A stretch of DNA of 64,000 nt from Trichoplax adhaerens (Eukaryota > Animalia > Placozoa), in the NCBI RefSeq assembly GCF_000150275.1, contig NW_002060945.1, forward strand, positions 1,678,199 through 1,742,198, written 5' to 3'. Shown piece by piece: positions 63,922 through 64,000 of this stretch (position 1 is its first letter; the number at the start of each line of letters is the position of its first letter). Both the position numbers and the translations under genes were made by a program. Below the pieces are notes generated by a model that saw only the letters and a program-made list of their open reading frames with translations, was not told the DNA's origin and did not search any database.

Positions 63922-64000
63922 GTAAAATTTAGTATTTAAAATATCTAAATCATGATTATGTTAGCGTGCTTACGAAATAATTCTTAACATTTCATTTCTT

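Noticed and set aside
1-64000. tRNA, rRNA, autonomous transposon or prokaryotic defence system
   Set aside because: None recognised by eye; no transposase, reverse transcriptase or operon-like ORFs. tRNAscan/Infernal were not run.

Overview
AT-rich, intron-rich animal genomic DNA; the compact introns, gene set and GRL genes suggest a placozoan (Trichoplax-like), which is an inference. Exon structures were built by eye from GT-AG junctions and reading-frame continuity. Gene order: ALK1/2 (ACVR1/saxophone-type) TGF-beta type I receptor (+, signal-peptide exon not found), a convergent ALK4/5/7-type receptor (-), two tandem gustatory-receptor-like (GRL/7TM ion channel) genes (+), SEC61B (-), ERP44 (+), STX17 (-), intronless CRYM (+), a prostanoid-receptor-like GPCR (-), and the 5' part of TOP2 (+). 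Most notable observations: (1) the ALK1/2 receptor naturally carries Asp at the position of the engineered activating mutation ALK2-Q207D, while its neighbour has a degenerate GS box; (2) the TGFBR1-SEC61B-STX17-ERP44 and ALK1/2+ALK4/5/7 linkages match human microsynteny; (3) islands of palindromic ACAGT/ACTGT repeats mark the divergent promoter regions; (4) the GRL duplication captured the last exon of SEC61B twice and shows a gene-conversion-like tract; (5) a possible 39-aa two-exon micro-ORF with a NOXA-like BH3 motif, absent from the ORF track.
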